Shown: positions 29,738 to 32,000 of the stretch, one piece after another
Numbering within the stretch: the stretch's first letter is position 1
How the letters are laid out: each line of letters starts with the position of its first letter
NCBI RefSeq assembly: GCF_002945325.1
Contig: NZ_CP026606.1
Location: 1,680,001-1,712,000 of the forward strand
DNA length: 32,000 bases
Direction: 5' to 3'
From: Methanococcus maripaludis
Lineage (GTDB): Archaea > AGJL01 > Methanococci > Methanococcales > Methanococcaceae
Position numbers and translations under genes: made by a program
The notes under the pieces: model-generated
What the model was told of the DNA's origin: nothing
Seen by the model: the letters and a program-made list of their open reading frames with translations, nothing else
Database searches by the model: none

Positions 29738-30487
29738 TTATTCCATGCTGACGTATTTATTTCCTTTTAAGATGTTTTCAGAATCAAGAGATATATCATA
29801 CAAACTATTATTCAATGCGGTGTTTGCAATTATACTATTATTTGTAGAACCCATAATTCCCCATATTCCAAAATTGGTATTGTATGAAACTTCATTTGTA
29901 ATGAATCTGTTGCAGTTGGAGCCTTGAATGTCCAATCCAGCTTGATAATTGTAGTTTACAATGTTGTTGACAACTTTGTTTCCTGTTGATAAATCTACAG
30001 ATATGCCCCAGGTATTATTGCATACGAAATTGTCTTCGATATTGTTATTATCTGAGTACCATGCCATAATACCATCCATATTGTCTGAAGCATTATTTTT
30101 AAGAATTTTACATTCAGTAGCGTTGTTAATCCATATCCCGGAACCAAATTTGGATATCTGCATATCTTTAATGGTTACCTTGGAACAGTCGTACACGTAT
30201 ACTCCTGAGTCACCCATCCAGCCCCAATAGATATCATCCCCTTCGAGGTAGTTTCCATTTCCATCCAGTATTACATCATCTGCGTTTATTGTTATCGCAG
30301 TGCCTATGATTCCCGATTGGGATATATTCAATAGATATTTCCCAGAATCATTTATTGCATAAGGTAATGAATTTATGTAATTAGTATTTGTTCCCTTTTC
30401 CCCACCTGCTGCAGCACATGCAATTGACATACTCACAAATACTGCGAGAGCCAAGGCTATTAATGGTTTATAACCAATTTTAGTCAT
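29738..30487 (-). CDS. Secreted right-handed parallel beta-helix (PbH1/NosD-like) repeat protein
   Basis: Asn/Gly-rich coils of about 22 aa repeat (NNASDNMDGIMAWYSDNNNIEDNFVCNNTWGISVDLSTGNKVVNNIV...). The signal peptide is MTKIGYKPLIALALAVFVSMSIACAAA. ATG 30487 has GGGGGTGA 7 nt upstream; the track start 30586 is unlikely. Confidence 0.75.
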   Translation of the reverse strand: MTKIGYKPLIALALAVFVSMSIACAAAGGEKGTNTNYINSLPYAINDSGKYLLNISQSGIIGTAITINADDVILDGNGNYLEGDDIYWGWMGDSGVYVYDCSKVTIKDMQISKFGSGIWINNATECKILKNNASDNMDGIMAWYSDNNNIEDNFVCNNTWGISVDLSTGNKVVNNIVNYNYQAGLDIQGSNCNRFITNEVSYNTNFGIWGIMGSTNNSIIANTALNNSLYDISLDSENILKGNKYVSME

Positions 30488-30783
30488 TTTTAATTCACCC
30501 CCATGGTTACAATTAGATTTATCCGTTTTATAATATTTAAAATTAATTAAAAAACGATTATAACACTTTAATAGTTTAATAACCAATTTATAACATTATT
30601 GATCGAAAAATAAAAAAATATAATCTATATTTGTATAAAATACTGGTTTTAAACGTAAATTTATTAAAAATATGCAGAAAATACCTCCTACCTCCGATTT
30701 AAATAATATCTTTCCCAGAGTATCAAAAATTAATTATACTGTTTTAAAAATAATGTTTAATATGGGTTTGTGGGGGGATTGTC

Positions 30784-31140
30784 GTGTACACTTATCCCGT
30801 ATTATTATCCGTAATTTTTATGGTAATTTTTGCAGGATGCCAATCAGAAAAGCCATTGGGGGATTCTACAGTTACGTTTCAAAACGAAACAACAGCGGTA
30901 GTATTGATAGAGGATTTTTCGTATAAGCCTGCAGTTGTGACTGTGAAAGTTGGAACAAAAGTTACATGGGTACAAAAAGATAGTGTAAGGCATACTGTAA
31001 CATCAAATGACGGAATATTTGATTCAGGACTTCTTTCAGAAGGAATATCTTGGGAATATACATTCAATGAAGTAGGGACGTATAATTACTACTGTATACC
31101 CCATCCTTATATGGAAGGAACGGTTGAAGTGGTAGAATGA
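30784..31140 (+). CDS. Cupredoxin (amicyanin/plastocyanin-like type-1 copper protein), probable lipoprotein
   Basis: The lipobox-like signal is VIFMVIFAGC. The cupredoxin pattern is FSYKPAVVTVKVGTKVTWVQKDSVRHTV...GTYNYYCIPHPYMEGTVEV, which supplies a full His/Cys/His/Met ligand set. The GTG start follows a GGGGGGA SD. Confidence 0.85.
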   Translation: MYTYPVLLSVIFMVIFAGCQSEKPLGDSTVTFQNETTAVVLIEDFSYKPAVVTVKVGTKVTWVQKDSVRHTVTSNDGIFDSGLLSEGISWEYTFNEVGTYNYYCIPHPYMEGTVEVVE

Positions 31141-31358
31141 CTCCAGAAGCTTCGTTTAAACTGGTTTACTATACGGGATTTACCAATTTTTTATTTATTG
31201 TCCTGATTATTCTTTCTTGTAGATGCGGAACTTTTTTACCGCATTCCTTTAAAAATCTAAAAATTTATAAAATAATTTTTAAATATCACTGCTACTATTG
31301 GGCGTTATTTTTAATTTCTGTAGCACTCCATTCTTATGGGGTATATTCACTAAGATAA
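31137..31358 (+). CDS. Small hydrophobic protein (2 predicted TM helices, Cys/His-rich)
   Basis: The gene overlaps the cupredoxin stop by ATGA. Two hydrophobic stretches are present (FTNFLFIVLIILSC and YYWALFLISVAL). Only coupling and hydropathy support it. Confidence 0.45.
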   Translation: MTPEASFKLVYYTGFTNFLFIVLIILSCRCGTFLPHSFKNLKIYKIIFKYHCYYWALFLISVALHSYGVYSLR

Positions 31359-31371
31359 GGGGGTAGAAATT

Positions 31372-31635
31372 ATGGATAAAAAATTTTTTGAATGCAAAGT
31401 TTGTGGGGACATTCATCAGGGTAAAAATGGGCCAAATCCCTGTCCAACCTGCGGATCAAAAGATTCCCAAAATGAAATCAAAGGATATACGATTGTAAAA
31501 AAATTCAGTGAATGCAAAGTATGTCAAGATTTTCACTGGGGTGAAAAAGCTCCAAGTCCATGCCCAACGTGCATGACAAAGGACTCTTACGTTGAAATTA
31601 CAAAAGAAGAGCTTCCAGAAAAACTTGGAATGTAA
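31372..31635 (+). CDS. Tandem rubredoxin-like zinc-ribbon protein (2 x CxxC...CPxC)
   Basis: An internal 40-aa duplication is present: FECKVCGDIHQGKNGPNPCPTCGSKDS / FSECKVCQDFHWGEKAPSPCPTCMTKDS. It resembles the C-terminal rubredoxin domain of rubrerythrin. A GGGGG SD lies 8 nt upstream. Confidence 0.75.
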   Translation: MDKKFFECKVCGDIHQGKNGPNPCPTCGSKDSQNEIKGYTIVKKFSECKVCQDFHWGEKAPSPCPTCMTKDSYVEITKEELPEKLGM

Positions 31636-31665
31636 CTTTTCTTTTTTAAATTTTTTTATTTTTAT
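31636..31665 (+). terminator. Oligo-T termination tracts after the cupredoxin operon
   Basis: T4, T6, T7 and T5 runs lie at 31637-31663, immediately after the stop codon. Confidence 0.5.
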
Positions 31666-31698
31666 ATTATTTTAGTTTTAATATCGTTTTCAGCAAGT

Positions 31699-31732
31699 TT
31701 TATATATTTTAATGTTAACAATATCTAACATT
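31699..31732 (+). promoter_or_regulatory. TATA box plus a 7-bp-arm inverted repeat at the predicted TSS
   Basis: TTTATATA lies at 31699-31706. AATGTTA (31711-31717), an 8-nt spacer and TAACATT (31726-31732) follow. Confidence 0.4.
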
Positions 31733-31791
31733 GAGTTAGAAATAAGTAACATAATGTTTGAAATAATTAACAGTATTTATGGTGATATTAC

Positions 31792-32000
31792 ATGTTTGGA
31801 AAACCCGAATGGTTTGAGAGAAGAAAGTACGGCGGTTGGGGACTTCACCCAAAAACATGGCAGGGTTGGCTCTATATTGCAGTAATGGTTCTACCTTACA
31901 TAATATTTCAATCGCTACCTTATTGGGACGAAACAACAAGAACTTACGTTACTGTAGCTTGGGTTTTATTTTTATTGCTTGATGTAGGGCACATCATGGT
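31792..32000 (+). CDS. Hypothetical membrane protein, 5' part (runs off the window)
   Basis: GGTGAT (31781-31786) lies 5 nt before the ATG. The frame is open to the window edge: MFGKPEWFERRKYGGWGLHPKTWQGWLYIAVMVLPYIIFQ...VAWVLFLLLDVGHIM, with two hydrophobic helices. Confidence 0.6.
   Translation, partial: MFGKPEWFERRKYGGWGLHPKTWQGWLYIAVMVLPYIIFQSLPYWDETTRTYVTVAWVLFLLLDVGHIM

Noticed and set aside
30683-30695. A tandem ACCTCC-T-ACCTCC lies in the cupredoxin upstream spacer. On the + RNA it is anti-SD-like, and on the - strand it reads GGAGGTAGGAGGT. It could sequester the G-rich RBS at 30772-30778.
   Set aside because: Only about 5 bp of complementarity to the RBS is available. The TSS is unknown, so the element may not be transcribed. 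On the minus strand no canonical start codon follows at a workable distance.
30672-30926. An 84-aa ORF starts in the spacer and overlaps the cupredoxin start in another frame.
   Set aside because: It has no SD and an implausible composition (MQKIPPTSDLNNIFPRV...RNFYGNFCRMPIRK). It overlaps a well-supported cupredoxin gene by 143 nt.
21086-31730. The 10-mer ATATCTAACA is shared between the trp upstream region (about 21084-21093) and the inverted repeat at 31721-31730.
   Set aside because: A single shared AT-rich 10-mer within 32 kb of AT-rich DNA is about what chance predicts.

Overview
The window is an AT-rich, tightly packed euryarchaeal chromosome segment of Methanococcus type. The proteins closely resemble Methanococcales orthologues I recall (CimA, an MJ1647-like extended histone, RaSEA, NreA). 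The gene order is reminiscent of M. maripaludis, but I cannot verify that here. I call about 32 protein genes, read left to right as follows.

- **1-6.3 kb:** the 3' part of an MCM helicase gene, then an envelope or efflux block of TetR, a half-size MMPL/RND exporter, a COG1361-type surface protein, an AI-2E permease and a PEGA surface protein.
- **6.4-20.8 kb:** cimA, aspartate kinase, a 4xCBS protein with an unusual C-terminal domain, the extended histone, RaSEA-like radical SAM, carB, xth, gltX, an RluA-family pseudouridine synthase and pyrC.
- **21.2-27.3 kb:** a complete, translationally coupled trpCDEGFBA operon.
- **27.3-32.0 kb:** nreA, a split LysO/DUF340 pair, and a cluster of a beta-helix protein divergent from a cupredoxin lipoprotein, a small 2-TM protein and a tandem rubredoxin-like protein. 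A membrane protein gene runs off the 3' edge.

Reading by eye, I saw no rRNA, tRNA, CRISPR, transposase or integrase.

The most interesting signal is in the 331-bp pyrC-trpC spacer. It holds a 31-codon ORF with a well-placed Shine-Dalgarno sequence that ends ...F-Q-W-W-Q-stop. Three mutually exclusive short RNA helices and a U-tract overlap or follow it. This matches the architecture of a bacterial trp leader peptide/attenuator, which to my knowledge has not been described in Archaea.

Secondary leads:
- an 18-bp palindromic motif present upstream of both tetR and the exporter gene;
- the CBS protein's HPF/YfiA-like C-terminal domain;
- a complete type-1 copper site in a lipobox cupredoxin of a strict-anaerobe-type genome.

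All structural and homology statements come from reading the sequence and ORF track by eye. No searches or folding computations were run.
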